This document shows positions 34,772 to 49,164 of a DNA stretch of 64,000 bases, piece by piece. Position numbers and translations under genes: made by a program. How positions within the stretch are numbered: position 1 is the first letter of the stretch; every line of letters begins with the position of its first letter. Source of the stretch: the human T2T-CHM13v2.0 reference genome, Homo sapiens; assembly GCF_009914755.1 (NCBI RefSeq), contig NC_060934.1; one strand, written 5' to 3'. The notes under the pieces were generated by a model. That model was not told where the DNA came from. It saw only the letters and a program-made list of their open reading frames with translations, and searched no databases.

Positions 34772-35128
34772 TGTATTAGTCTGTTATCACACTGCTAATA
34801 AAGACATGCCCGAGACTGGATAATTTATAAAGGAAAGAGGTTTAATGGACTCGGTTCCACACAGCTGGGGAGGCCTCGCAATCATGGTGGAAGACAAAGG
34901 AAGAGCAAAGGGACGTCTTACGTGGTGGCAGGTGAGAGGGCATGTGTAGGGAAACTCCTCTTTATAAAATCATCAGATCTCATGAGACTTACTCACTATC
35001 ATGGGAACAGCACAGAAAAACCCATCCCCATGATTCAATCACCTTCCACTGGGTCCCTCCCATGACACCTGGGGATTATTACAATTCAACGTGAGATTTG
35101 GGTGGGGACACAGAGCCGAGCCCTATCA
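34772..35128 (-). mobile_element. THE1-family solo LTR
   Basis: tgtattagtc...tatca ends; 5-bp TSD CAGCC/CACCC. Confidence 0.88.
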
Positions 35129-35564
35129 CACCCCAAGGAAACTTATACAAGCTGGAAGATATTTAATAGAGAGAGAAAAAAATCACATGCAAACTAAAAC
35201 AACACTCCAGGCTTGAGAATGAAGCAAAAGAAGAGAAAACAAAATGAAACAAACACAAACACCGTGTGAAACAGGAAGTGGCTGAGGCACCTTCCTATTT
35301 CTTTGGTGCCCAAAGACATCAAACTCATAGGCGTGTGAGATGTACACTCTCCAAGCAAAGTAGCTTTGGAGACACAGGTTTCCAGAAAGCTGAGGCTACT
35401 ATGGGCCTAGAGCCCTCGGGGTCCCTATTTATTCAGCGCTCCCTCAGGAAAGCTGTCTCTGACACTCACATGCAATCCTAGTGGCCCTATGAGTTTAATT
35501 TCTTTGACCAGGAACTTGGCTCATCAGTTCCTGGAGTTGGGCCATAGCATTCTCCCGTGCATTA

Positions 35565-35783
<219 letters not shown>

Positions 35784-36258
35784 CTAGTTACTGAGAGCAC
35801 ATGCTTTCTCTTCTACTTCCCATGCTGAGGCTCCATCATAGTAATTGGGGGTGTTTAGAGGGTTTCCTACAGTTCAGGCAGCTTTAATACCTTTCCATCT
35901 GTCTGTGAGGGCAGCACCCCCTGTCTGTGAGCCTGGCATTTGGATTTTGGAGTGTGGACTATGTCTCTTTCTTCAATAGACTGGGAAATAGTTCAACTTA
36001 AGAAACAAATTCCAATCAGTAAAAGACCATATATGCAAAATACACAAGCACTGTTAATAATGCCACATCAAGGACATCTAGGGATTTTAACCAAATTTTA
36101 GGAAAAAAATGATTTTCAATTCTTTGCATGGCTCACAAACACAGTGGCATCAATTTCTACAATTTACAGCGTGAGAGAGACAGGAAATGAAATCTAGCAG
36201 ATTTTTAAAGATCTGAACTGCATCATTCATCCCAGAATTCAAGTCAAGATGCTGCCTA

Positions 36259-36562
<304 letters not shown>

Positions 36563-37282
36563 GATGCTGCCTATGTTGATCATTGCTAAGACATAGTCTC
36601 CTTGACTGCCTGGCAACCCCTCCTAAATGTAACCCAAACCTTTCATTTACATTTTTAAGTTGATTGGAAGTCAGAGAAAACATAAGAGAAATTTTTAGGA
36701 ATTTCCCCCTGCCTACAATAGTCTCTATATTTTTAAATCCCTAGGTTTATCTTTCATACTCTTCCAAGGACACTAAGTATTTTAGAATGTATGCTGAAAC
36801 GACTCAGGTCTCAGAAACATGGGTCATATCCACTCATGAACTGCTTTCAAACAGTAGGCTGGAAAAACTGCCATAATGTCATGAAAGTGGCTTTGAGTCC
36901 TTCTCTTTCCTACCCTTAAATTTAAGTCTCAAAGGTGCAGAGTAAGAATGTCTTCTGTGGCCTTCCCACCATCAAATTTTAAGACAGATTTATTTCTGTG
37001 AAACCATTTGACACTGACAGAATGTAACATGCTGAAACTCTAAGAAAACATTTGTGGTTGTTCCCTCCAGACCTATCCCATTTTCTAACCCCCACCTCCT
37101 GCCTTTTACAAAGGTAAAAGGTTTTAGTTTCTTTTCTAAGAAGTGGGAGCCTCTTAGTTGGTAGCTGGAGGTGGATCACCTATCAGACCAGGTAAGCTGA
37201 TAACTTAAATCCAAGGGCATTAGGTTAGGGTTAATTGAGATTAATGACTGACAGTGATTAGACTGCTGATCAGGACAGCTAC

Positions 37283-37400
37283 CTCTTTTTCCCGGTGTCG
37301 GTAAACATGGCGGCCTTGCTTCATTTTTGATGGAGCATGGGAGACCAATTTCAACCGGACCTTCTCTGAAGATCTGTTCAGTATCTCTTAAGCAGCGAGC
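37283..37400 (-). CDS. PRKCQ: PRKCQ exon 10 (118 bp), V3 hinge with the proline-rich motif ARPPCLPTP
   Basis: cag|GCTCGC acceptor and G|GTAGCT donor; ORF 37176..37436. Confidence 0.96.
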
Positions 37401-38165
37401 CTGGATGACAAACAGAGAGTCAGACCACCCACCCACCCACCATTGATGGAACAGCTCAGCCTGCTAACGATGGGGACAAAGGCCATTTAAAATGTTTAAA
37501 TGCATAGGGTCACCAAAGATCTCCTTATCCTCAACGTTCTTTTGGAACCCCATATTCTGGGAGAGTCTATCTACTGTATTTTATGCATTAGCCGAACACG
37601 TTTGCCTCCTTCACACTTTTCTGGGGCTGACAGGATTCTCTCATGCTGTCTACATCATTCCATCACAAATAAGGACAGGTAGTTAATGGATGGGAAAACA
37701 GCTGATACAGGCAATGCCAAGTCTTAAAGAGGGTTTATCCTTGGATCTAGGAATTCAGCTAATGCCAAAACAGTAAACAGCAGGCCAAATTTGCCCTGGA
37801 CTCGGTGTTCCATGAGGATGATGCTAGCACATAAGTGTTTTCCCCCAGGCTATTCTATAACCCGAATATATTCACATAAAGCTGTCAATGAATCTTCAAT
37901 AACTTTAATGAATTTATTTGTTTCTGCAATGCTCATGCCATGAAGAATTTAAGATTTTATAAAGATCTGCATAATACAAATGCATTAAATAAATATCTCA
38001 AAGATAGGGGGTGTGGGCATGGATATGAAAGCCAAGGGCAAGGCCGGTGCTCAGAAATACATCCGGGCATTTCCCATAGGGCTGCCACAGGTGAAGCAGC
38101 AGAAGTGCATGGACATCCTTGCTGAGCGGCCATGGCGGGAACGTGTCCACGGCACATGCTCCTAC

Positions 38166-38275
38166 CTGTTGAGTGCTCTCAATCATGGCCAGCGCTTCAG
38201 CCATTAGCTTCTGGTTTATGCCACAAAGGTTGGCCACCTTTGTCTGGCATCTATGATGCACATTCATGCCACATG
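38166..38275 (-). CDS. PRKCQ: PRKCQ exon 9 (110 bp), [10 protein letters not shown]...ESTQQ
   Basis: cag|CATGT acceptor and CAG|GTAGGA donor; ORF 37998..38333. Confidence 0.97.
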
Positions 38276-38449
38276 CTGGAAGGAAGAAGGCAGATAGTGA
38301 GCAAGAGTGGAAGAACCCCCTGGTGCTAAACAACTCTCTCTGGAGGTAAGACAGAGCCTTGCGGATAGGGAGGAAAGCCTAAAGTGCCACGGCTGGGAGG
38401 AAGTTGACCCTGGCTCTCCCTGGTAGTGATCCTCGTGCTGGAAGGGAAG

Positions 38450-38874
38450 TGAGGTAGGAGGTGGGACTCAACTCTGGAGGTGGGGTTCAGACGCCAGACC
38501 AAATTGAAGACTAGCTAAAACAGGGACAGGGCAGAAGCAGCTTTCCAGAAGATGCCCACCTGCGTGCCATGTCAGTTTAGTGTTGCCATGGCAACACCCA
38601 GACGTTACCACCCTTTTTCCAGGAACTTAATTTGCATGTAGTTAAAAGTGGTATAAATAGGATTGCAGCACTGCCCTGAGCTGCTACTCTCTGCCTCTGG
38701 GGTAGCCCTGCTCTGCAGGAGCAGTCATGGAGCTGTAACACCAACAGAACTGTAATACCGTTGGCCAATGAAGCTGTTTTCTTCTACCAACAGCCGACCC
38801 TTGAATTCTTCCTGGGCGAAGCCAAGAACTCTCCTGGGCTAAGCCCCACTTTGGGGCTCACCTGCCCTGCATCA
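38450..38874 (+). mobile_element. ERV1 solo LTR (LTR19/MER41-related), antisense to PRKCQ
   Basis: TG...CA ends, perfect 4-bp TSD GAAG, TATA at 38652, MER41-like 3' end gggctaagcccca...gccctgcatca. Confidence 0.85.
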
Positions 38875-39846
38875 GAAGAATATTCCTGCCCACTCCAGTC
38901 TGGGTCCAAAACATCCCCTTTCCCACCTGGGCCATGAAGAGCTTCCCCCAGCCTTTAGGTTGAAGCCCAGGAGGCAGCCTCAGCCTGCAGATGGATATCA
39001 GACGGTGGAGCCGGAGTGTATATGTGGGAAGGGATGGAGTAGGAGGAGGCTAGCAATGCCAGGAGAGGTCACGGCAGAACACACCTAGCAAGACTGGACC
39101 AGGCATGAGGACCTCAGCTTTGAAAAAAAAATCACAAACTCTACACACGGTGTGGAAACATAAAGCCACAGGCTTCACCAGTGTGGGCTTAGATGAGGAG
39201 GCCAACAGCAACCGGGTGTTTGAGCACATTCCCCAGTTTCCAGGCCCCTGTACCCATGCCTCCTGAAAACCTCGTGTGATTATGGGAAGGGTAGAGGGCC
39301 CCAAGGATTACTAGATGAGAATGTTAACTAAGTGGATCTCACAGTCATAAAGAAAGTGATATTTCTTGCACGCATGAACTGATGGCGTAAATTGACATCT
39401 ACAACCTGTTATGAAAGGTAACTCGAAGAAAAAGAACCAAAGTTTTCTGTCATCTTTATAAGTCACATAAGATGTTAAAGAAAAAGAAAGAGGAGAGGGA
39501 AATACTCGAGCACCTGTCAGGTGGGTGGAGAACGGGGTGCTGGTGGCAGCTTGCACAGCGTGGACACTGTGTGACCTTGGGCAAGTCATGAACGCTCTGG
39601 GGGCTCCCGATTAAGGATCTCCAGCACTGGACTCATGATCTATACAGGATTCTAGCTTGGGGATCCTACAATTCAGGGTGAGTATTCTGATTCATGAATC
39701 TTGAAAACAGTAGCATAGAATCTAACTTCCATTGCCAGTGACCAAGAGATCCCTCTTGGACTGGAGAGCGTGTGCCCATGTGACTGTGTAAAGACAATTA
39801 TTAGTTTTAGAAATTCAAATTTTGCTAATGAAACATCACCATTAAA

Positions 39847-40153
<307 letters not shown>

Positions 40154-40489
40154 GAAACATCACCATTAAAATACAGAAAAATCAGATATAAAGATTTCCA
40201 AACTCCAGCTGACAGAGTCTGCGAGTAGAGAGTGTTGTAATAGAAGCAGGCACCAGGTGCTATGACATCATGCAGTCTTAATCTTATCTGCTGATTTGCA
40301 CATGTGTGTGCAAAGAAGCTTAGCACAATGACTGGCATCGAGCAGGCGCTCAACAAATACAACTTCCTTTTCATCTTCATCATTTATTGCATAGATGTAG
40401 ATATTAAAATATTTAGGTGAAATTTGGGCAACCCTCACCTGTAGTTTTCACTGGTCCACTCTTCTTCAAATAGCTCAATAATAAAATAA

Positions 40490-40814
<325 letters not shown>

Positions 40815-40908
40815 AACTATTAACCATTACTAGACCGAGTATATAGGCATAGATATAGCCAGAAAAATTCACCTGAAGCAAAATCTTTTCTGCATATTTA
40901 AAATCTTT

Positions 40909-41211
40909 GTTGTTGTGTTGTTGTTCTTGAGACAGGGTCTTGCTCTGTTGCCCAGGCTGGAGTGCAGTGGTGCAATCATAGCTCACTGCAGCCTCAAACC
41001 CCTGGGTTCAAGCCATCCTCTTGCCTCAGCCTCTTGTGTAGCTGAGACCACAGGCGTGCACACCACTACACCCGACTAATTTTTTTATTTTTCGTAGAGA
41101 TGGGGGTCTCACTTTGTTGCCCAGGCTGGTCTCAAACTCCTGGGCTCAAGCCATCCTTCCGCATTGCCCTCCCAAAGTGCTGGGATTACAGGTCTGTTAC
41201 CGTGCCCGGCC
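40909..41211 (-). mobile_element. AluJ; TSD TAAAATCTTT
   Basis: Reverse dimer with a (TTG)n-like tail. Confidence 0.92.
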
Positions 41212-41629
41212 TAAAATCTTTACCATAGAAAGGATTTTTTTTTTTCATGATTGTGCTCCAAATTCCACATTGTCGGCAAAACTCGCATAACTCACATTCG
41301 CCCTATTTAGAAGGTGTTAGGTTTCAACTTCGGTAGCCCCAGCTCCATTTTCTTATGCATCACCGTGACACCAAGTGAGGTTGTCAGCTAGGATTGAACA
41401 TAGAGGGATGGAGTTTTACTTTGCTCCTTAAAACTGTAGCCACATCTAGGCTTCTCTGTGACTTGCATGGCCGCGAAGAAAGGCCACCACCATCTCCACG
41501 AGAAGGTCCTAAGTCTTTGTTACTAACCTATCAGGCCGTAACTCAGTTTCTTGGAGGGCAAAGAGTCCCTTTGGATGACTATTTTCTTGGGAATTATTGT
41601 GGGGAGAAAGAGAAGGCAGGGTAAAAGGC

Positions 41630-42190
41630 TAAGGAGGCCCTACTTAAGACGACGGCCTGCAAGGAGGCAGGATGAAAGGGAGGCAGAGAGGGAGGGAAGA
41701 GAGCTGGAGAAGAGGGCGAGGAGAGTCGAGAAAGGAGGACGCGGGGGCATGCGGGGTGAGCGGAGCAGGCGGGGTGAGCACAGTGGAGGGGCAGGGACCC
41801 GGGAGTGTCAGAAGCAAGAATGGAAAACAAACCAGGGCAGGGGAGGGAGAGGAGAGGGGACAAAAGAAAAAGGGGAGGGGAGCACTTGAAATGTAGGTGG
41901 TAGGAGAGAGCGGGGAACGGAATGGAGCGGAAAGGAAAGAGTATTCGAGGAAAGAAATGAAACGAAGCAGGCAGAAGAGCCATGAAATAACGCCCAGGAA
42001 CCCCTGGGAAGTTCTAAGCTGTGCCGCGGCGCTGCTGGGACCAGCTCTTCTTGCAAGTGGATTCTCGGGCTCCCAGGACAGAGAACCCGACCTGAGACCA
42101 TCACAGGAGAACCAAGAGGCGAGAATTTCTCCTGTTTCTGTGGATACCGTCAGGATGCAGGATGCCGGGACACTACGTTTTGTCTCTGAC
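41630..42190. promoter_or_regulatory. GC/CpG-enriched, G-run-rich non-repeat segment in intron 8 (candidate internal promoter or enhancer)
   Basis: Local CpG excess, GGCGGGG boxes and strong purine skew relative to the flanks. Confidence 0.45.
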
Positions 42191-42574
42191 CTCCTAATGA
42201 ACTCTTAATACCCTGCCTATCCATGTCTTCTTGAACAGGGGTGTAGAGAAAAGCGTGTCAGTGTCCTTTGGGGCCAGGAACGGATTCTTGAGGCTAATGT
42301 TGGCCTCCTGTGATGTCTGCTTTAGGTAATGATTTGAAAACCTAACCCCTCCTGCCTCCACTGAGAGGTCGCTCTGGGTTCCACCAGACATGTGAACAGG
42401 ATTGGGATGAAGAAGGGGAGAATGCGGAAGATGCTGTGCCGCCTTCCATCACGTACCTCATTGCTCAAAAGAGAGGACATACATTAGTCAGTAGCACTGA
42501 TCAAAATAGGGCTGCCAAGAAAAAATAAAGTGGCTTATATATTTAATACTTCATCATAAGAAAAGGTCTGTGCT

Positions 42575-42900
42575 CACCAGGCATGGTGACTCACTCCTGT
42601 AATCCTAGCACTTTTGGAGGCTGAGGAGACAAGATCGCTTGAACCCAGGAGTTTGAGACCAGCCTGGGCAACATAGCAAGACCATATCTCTAAAAAAAAA
42701 AAAAAACAAAGAAAAACAAAAAAAACAAAAACAGGCATGGTAGCACATGCCCATGGTCCCAGCTACTTGAGAGGCTGAGGTGGGAGGATTGCTTGAGTCC
42801 AAGAAGTCAAGTCTGCAGTGAGCTGTGATCGAGCCACTGCACACCAGTCTCCAGTCTGGGCAACAAAGTGAGACCCTGTCTCAGAAAAAAAGTAAAAGAA
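42575..42900 (+). mobile_element. AluJ
   Basis: Diverged dimer. Confidence 0.9.
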
Positions 42901-43813
42901 GAAGAAAAAAATCAGAAGCTGTCTGTATGCAACAGGTGGTTCTCCTTTTGTGGCTCTATTCTCTGGGCTCTGCCCACGTCTCTCCCCAACCAGAAAGCAG
43001 AGTGCCTTGTCAGTTCTTGAGGGTTTTTTTTTTTCTTCCCTAGTCCTTAATCCTAGTGTAACAGCATCTCAGCTTCTAAACGTTATCGCCTTAGCAACTT
43101 GGAGTTGTACAGCAAGAAAGCCTTGCCTTGTTTCCTTTTTTGATGGTAGGTCTGAGAAACTCCATCAATAATGAATGGCAGGTTAGGCTCTGCTGCGATC
43201 CTGGCCTTGGAGGAAAGACCAGAAAACAGGCAATGACGGTCACAACTGGGCCAGCCTCTTACTGGGCACTTGGAGTTCACAGCAATGGTTTAGGGATGGA
43301 TGCTCAAGCTAATGTTACAGAATTTCTGTGCAGGACCATGTGTCAGCCAAATGAATGTGCTGGGCTTGCTCCTTGATGAGATGACAGAAAGAATCTTACT
43401 GGCTGGTGCAAAGGAGAAGGGTTAGGGTACCACACAGCTAGACCTGTTGGGATTAGGAAGGGGCAGCCCAGAGCCCACTGAGGAAACTAGTAGTAGAAAG
43501 ACCAGTGAGAGGAGAAACACTGTCTTCATTTCCCCCAGGGCTATGGTACGGCAGAAGGTGATGGAGCTAGGAGTTTGACCTTGAACCTGAACTGTTGTGC
43601 TCTTTTCTGGGATGTGTGGGTGGGGGTGTTGCAGGGTGCAAGGAAAGGAACATAGTGGCTTATTGCCCCAGAAGACCATACTTATGATCATGACTTGTCT
43701 GGGCTGGGTGTGGAAGTGGTACCCCCTACATCCTCCCTCCAGTTCCCCAGAAAGCCTTGCTCCATCCCCTAGGGGGTCCACGTCGGGCCATGCTCATCCC
43801 CCACTGGACTCAC

Positions 43814-43943
43814 CATCACACTTGAGTCCTTGCCGTGCCAGTCCCCACAGCAGGGTCCCACAGTGTTCACAGAAGGTCGGGCTCTTGTAATTGTAGACTT
43901 TAAATCTGTGTGGCATGTCAATTTTGAATCTCTCCTTGTGGAA
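43814..43943 (-). CDS. PRKCQ: PRKCQ exon 8 (130 bp), C1B FHKERF...GLKCD
   Basis: cag|TTCCAC acceptor and G|GTGAGT donor; ORF 43794..44036. Confidence 0.97.
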
Positions 43944-44519
43944 CTGAAAGAAAGGCAGAAGGTGAAATCTGTGTATTCCTGGGGCCCCGACTTTGGATGT
44001 TCTTGCAGATACCTTAGCATAACTAACAGAGATCATAATGAAAACGCTGGCATTGTGTGCATTTTAAATCATCATTGTCACTTGTCAAGCCCTACAGTCA
44101 TGCCTGAAGAAGGCAGGCAGCCTCAGCAACTGTACGTGACGGGGCATGCTTGCCTTCTGCATGTAGCAAGAACCTTGCAGACAGCTGAAATCTGAGGCAT
44201 TCACACAGACAGGCTAAAAGCTCAGGAAGACTGCATGAGGGTTATTTTAAAAAGTGCTAAGGAAACAGTGCTCCCATTTAAATAGATGAAGATTCCCTTC
44301 CTGTTTTACTATAAATATTTCCTTTTCTCTTTCAGTCCAGAACTAGTGCTTTTAACCTTTGGAAGATGTAAAAAAAAAAAAAAAAATGCCTTCTTTAAAG
44401 GAAACATTTCTATGGGTTTATCAGTATTACTGCCTAATGTGAGAAGCATTTTCACACCTATTATTCATGAACTGAGGTGGCAAGAGGAGGGAGCAGTTCC
44501 TGCCAGGTGCGGTTAACAA

Positions 44520-44720
44520 ATATGTCACACGCATCATCTATTACATAGGTGGTATCTCACGTAATCCTCAGAATACCCCTTTTGAAGTCGCTTCTATTAG
44601 TATCCTCCTTTGACAGACGAGGAAATGAAGCACAGAGAAGGTAAGAAACTTGCCCAGGACACGCAGCTCTAGAGCTGGGATATCTATAAGCTTGGCAGTC
44701 AGAATCAGAGCCCAGCCATT
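44520..44720 (-). mobile_element. MIR
   Basis: gacagacgaggaaatgaagcacagagaaggtaagaaacttgcccagg. Confidence 0.7.
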
Positions 44721-45277
44721 CTCTTTTCTGTCTCAAAATAAATGTGAAGGCTTATCGGGGTAGGGAGAGGGGAGTGGGAGAGGGATGCTAGTGATCGACA
44801 TGGAATTTTTTTAAAAAACAGTTTTCCAGAGTTTAAATCAAACTTATTGCAGGAACAACAAAACACTTGGATAGTTGGATTCCTGGTAAGAATGTCAATA
44901 TTCTTGTGCAGGATAAAATGCTTTATTTTCTAAAGGTTTATAATCTCTGCAGAAGTTTCTAATTCAACAGTTCCTTTGGGAAGGTGCATAGCAAAGATGC
45001 CTTATTCATCAGCACAGCAATAGATCTAACGTTCCCGCCAGGGGTACTGGTCAGCGTTGGTTCTTTAGAAAGCCTGTGTAGAATCGATTAAAAATTGCTC
45101 AGCACTTACTACAGCCATTTTCAACCAAGAAAAAAATAATTTTCGGGACTCACTTATATTCCACAGTTTAAATATGGACAATTAATAGGTCAAGGTCCAG
45201 GCTGGAAGGGGACCACTTCGAATCTTGAATGCAGGGGCAAACAGCTCAAGACACCATGGCTGATGAAGACGCTATGT

Positions 45278-45599
45278 ACACGCTTTCCAGTATGAAAACC
45301 AATGAGCTACATGGGGCTGGCGAACACTTGAAAGGTGGTGAGTTAGAGTTGAGATGTGCTGGACGTGTAAAATAATACATCCTGGAGTTTGAAGACTTTT
45401 GTATAAAATTACTTAAGATATCTGAATTTTCAAATGTCGATTTTTTGTTGAAATGATATTTGAACAGATTGGATTAAATAAAATGTATTATTAAAATTAA
45501 TTTCACCCATTGCTTTTTCCTTTATTTAATGTGGGCTACTTGGAAATGTAAAATTACACATGTAGCCCTCATTCTATTTATTTCTATCGGACAATACTG
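45278..45599 (+). mobile_element. MER33-like hAT-Charlie DNA transposon
   Basis: cacttgaaa...gagatgtgctg...ttaaataaaatgtattattaaaattaatttcacc...ggacaatactg. Confidence 0.8.
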
Positions 45600-46049
45600 C
45601 TCCAGGGGTAGAGGAACAAAAGAATCCCAAAGATGATGTCCCCTTGAGTGAACAAGAAATCAAAATATCCTGGGAGAAGATAATATCACAGACATTTATT
45701 TATGTAGCTGACAGTTTCTCAAGACTTTGTACCAGGAACTTTGTTAGTCATTGAGGTTAACAGTGATTCAGAGATTTGCGTTTTTTTCTAGAAAAGCTGA
45801 AGGCATCAAGTAAAGGAAGAAGTCTGGGAGGTGAAAATTTGATCTAAGCAAGCAAAAACATGGTCTGAGAGATTGTGATCTTAATTTTAGTACCAGCTCT
45901 GCCACGTACAGGTGATCAAACATGAACAAACTACTTTAACCTCTTTGAGTCTTAGCAGAATCACCGGTTAGCACAAGTTTATCTCCTTCTGGTTCTAAAT
46001 GTTAGGAGAAATTCTACTCTGGAAAAACCCAGCCACTTCGCCTTCTCTG

Positions 46050-47850
46050 AACCTGCCCCTTTGTTGGAGAAAATCATACTCCTGAGCAGGCTGACTCCGT
46101 CAAATTCAAATGGACTTTCAGCTCTGCTCCACAGTCTGACTGCTTTTCACGAGTCACCTTGCTTTCTCTAAGATAATTATCTCATAGATCTTCCTTTTTC
46201 CTCGAAGGCACTTGTTGCTTTCTCTTTTCCTTCCTCCAGCCATCAAACTCCATGGGGGACACATGCAGTCTAAGGGAAGCGCCTTTGTGTGCCCATCACC
46301 AAAGCTCCACACCTATCCCCATCAGCAACTGTCTTGCCCTACTCCCTTCCGGTTAAACTGTGGAAGCTCCAGGGACCAGTCTCCACCAGAGCTCAGGCCC
46401 TCTTCGCTTCCTGCCAACAGACTTGACTGTTTTGTTTATCTGTCTCTCCAGCTTTATCCATCTCTCCCTGGCCACGGGAGCACTTGCCATCCTTGGGGTC
46501 TCATTTCCCAGCCACTGTTCTCTGTCCATCATCTCCTTCATGGTTCACCTTCTTCATAATATCAACTTACAGGTTGTTTTCATGTCATCACCTCAGTCAC
46601 CCTTCATGCAGGTCAATCAGACTAATGCCTCCAAGATGCCCCTGACATTTCTCTGATTTAAGCCTGTGAAGATCTGCACGTGGGCCTCAATTTCAACACC
46701 TCAACTGCACAGAACACAACCCACCTCTTCTTCTTCTGGTTTCTGTAACTTCATAGACTCTGGGTGTAGGAGGAGCGGTCTCTGAGCCCAGTTTCTCAAT
46801 GTCTATCTCTGTCCTTTATCTTCTACCTAACATCTCATTTTAGATTCCTTTGTAGTCAGTCCTGAACTTTCTCTATTTCCTCACTAGGCAATCTCTTCAG
46901 CAACTTTAAAATCTACCTATATGATGGTCACTGTCAAATTTATAGGGTTGGGCCCTTGTCCCAGAGGAATTCCAAGCTCATGTGAAATTGTCTATTTGAT
47001 GCTTCAACTTGGATGTCCACCTCTCCGACTCAACATGTCCAAACTGGAAAAATTCATCTCTCCTTCCAGTCTTCTTCACTCCGTCGTGGCTCTGTTATCT
47101 ACCACACTGCTCGGCCTCGGGCAGAAGCCAGAACCTGCGGCATCATCCTTATATCCACCTCTTTCATCTAATCTTTTGGCAAATCCAGTCATTTCTAACA
47201 TCAAAATCACCTGAGAACCTGCCCCTTTGCTCCACCTCTGCTGACGTCTCACTGGTATAAACCACCAACCTCCCCGCTTGGAGGATTCCTTCCATCTCCT
47301 CTGGTTTCACTTTCACATCTCAACGCACTATTTCTACTACAGCATCCCAAAGTGGGCTTTCTACTACAAGTTGCACAAAATACAATCATTTTTCCAGGCT
47401 CCAAAGAAACCCCGCATGACCCAGGCCTTGGTGCATTCCCCAGTGTGGGCTTCCAGTCTGCGCAGCCCTTGCAGCTGTCACCACACTGGTCCCATTTCAG
47501 TTCCTGGAACACGTTGGACTCTCCCTCAGCAGGGTCTTCCAGCCTGTAAGGAGCTTCCTTCCTCCTGCTCTTCACCTAACCAGCTCTGTCACTCTTCAGC
47601 TGTCAGTTTCAATGTTCCCTCCGTTGGGGAGATTCCCGGACCACAGAGTCTCAGTAGGCCACATGCTTACTCTCCACCTTGCACCTTGTTCACTATCTTT
47701 GTAGCACTTAATATAAATCGAAGCCATACATAGCTGTTTATTATCTGTTTCTCCAACTTCGCAGGACCACGTCTGTTTTGTGTTATGCTGTCATTGGAAG
47801 AATGCGGTATCTTCCATGAATCAGATACCCAGTGAGGATTTGTGGAATGA
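46050..47850 (+). mobile_element. L2 LINE fragment; boundaries approximate
   Basis: cttggatgtc...ctcaacatgtccaaactgg and a 3' end ...atttgtggaatgaa. Confidence 0.65.
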
Positions 47851-47898
47851 AAAAGGAAACGGTGGGAGAAGGAAGTCAAAAGATTTCATAATGAGTGA

Positions 47899-48430
<532 letters not shown>

Positions 48431-48799
48431 AATTCATAATGATACACTGCCCATGTGCTAGCCCAGTTTCCCCCCTCCATTAGGTAAAATGTAATTTGTC
48501 TTCCGATTATACCTCAACGTTTACTCTAAAAGAAATATTTGCTTCTCAACATAAAATTATGCCTCTGTTATTATCTCTAACCTTGTAAATGCCATGTTGC
48601 TGTATCTTATCATCATTTGCCTTTATTTACTCTTTTACTGTCACTTCTAGCTGGGGGTGCCACAAGGATTATTCTCATATAATTAATCTAAACTATGCTT
48701 TCTGGCCACTTTCTATGCCATTTTTCTGGAAAAGTAGAGCAATGAAAATTCTTCCTGTATATAATTTGTGTATATTTAGGAGGTACAAGTGCAGATTTC

Positions 48800-48975
48800 T
48801 TTTTTTTTTTTCTTTTCTTTTTGAGATGGAGTCTCACTCTGTTGCCCAGACTGGAGTGCGGTGGCATGGTCCTGGTTCACTGCAACCTCCGCCTCCCGAA
48901 TTCAAGAGATTCTCCTGCCTCAACCTCCTGAGTAGCTGGGATTACAGGCTTATGCCACCAGGCCTGGCTAATTTC
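48800..48975 (-). mobile_element. 5'-truncated Alu (right arm only)
   Basis: Poly-T plus right arm, ending at the central linker. Confidence 0.88.
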
Positions 48976-49164
48976 TAATTCATCCTCTGGTTTGGGTAAT
49001 TCAGTAAGAATCATTATTGAAGAGGAAAGAGTTTTGGGGAGATGGATGTTCACTGATAAATGGGAGGATGCAAGTTCTGGCATTATTCTGAAGAATTCGT
49101 GGGCTGTAACATTTAACGTTCTGATAAAAATCACTGCACGTCAAAGAGGAGTGTAAATACTCAC

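Larger units (their letters stand above)
34282..35149 (+). mobile_element. MLT1-family LTR hosting nested FLAM and THE1 insertions
   Basis: tatgggctgaattgtgtc start; the end ggaaacttataca resumes after the THE1. Confidence 0.8.

Noticed and set aside
41290-41360. Alternative candidate for a thetaII-like first exon (ATG CAT AAG... to the AAT|GTGAGT donor)
   Set aside because: It has an in-frame TAA and a phase-2 end, so it cannot join exon 9 in frame.
41394-42391. Arg/Gly/Glu-rich and Pro/Ser-rich ORFs in the GC-rich patch
   Set aside because: They are explained by purine skew and GC content and resemble no known protein.
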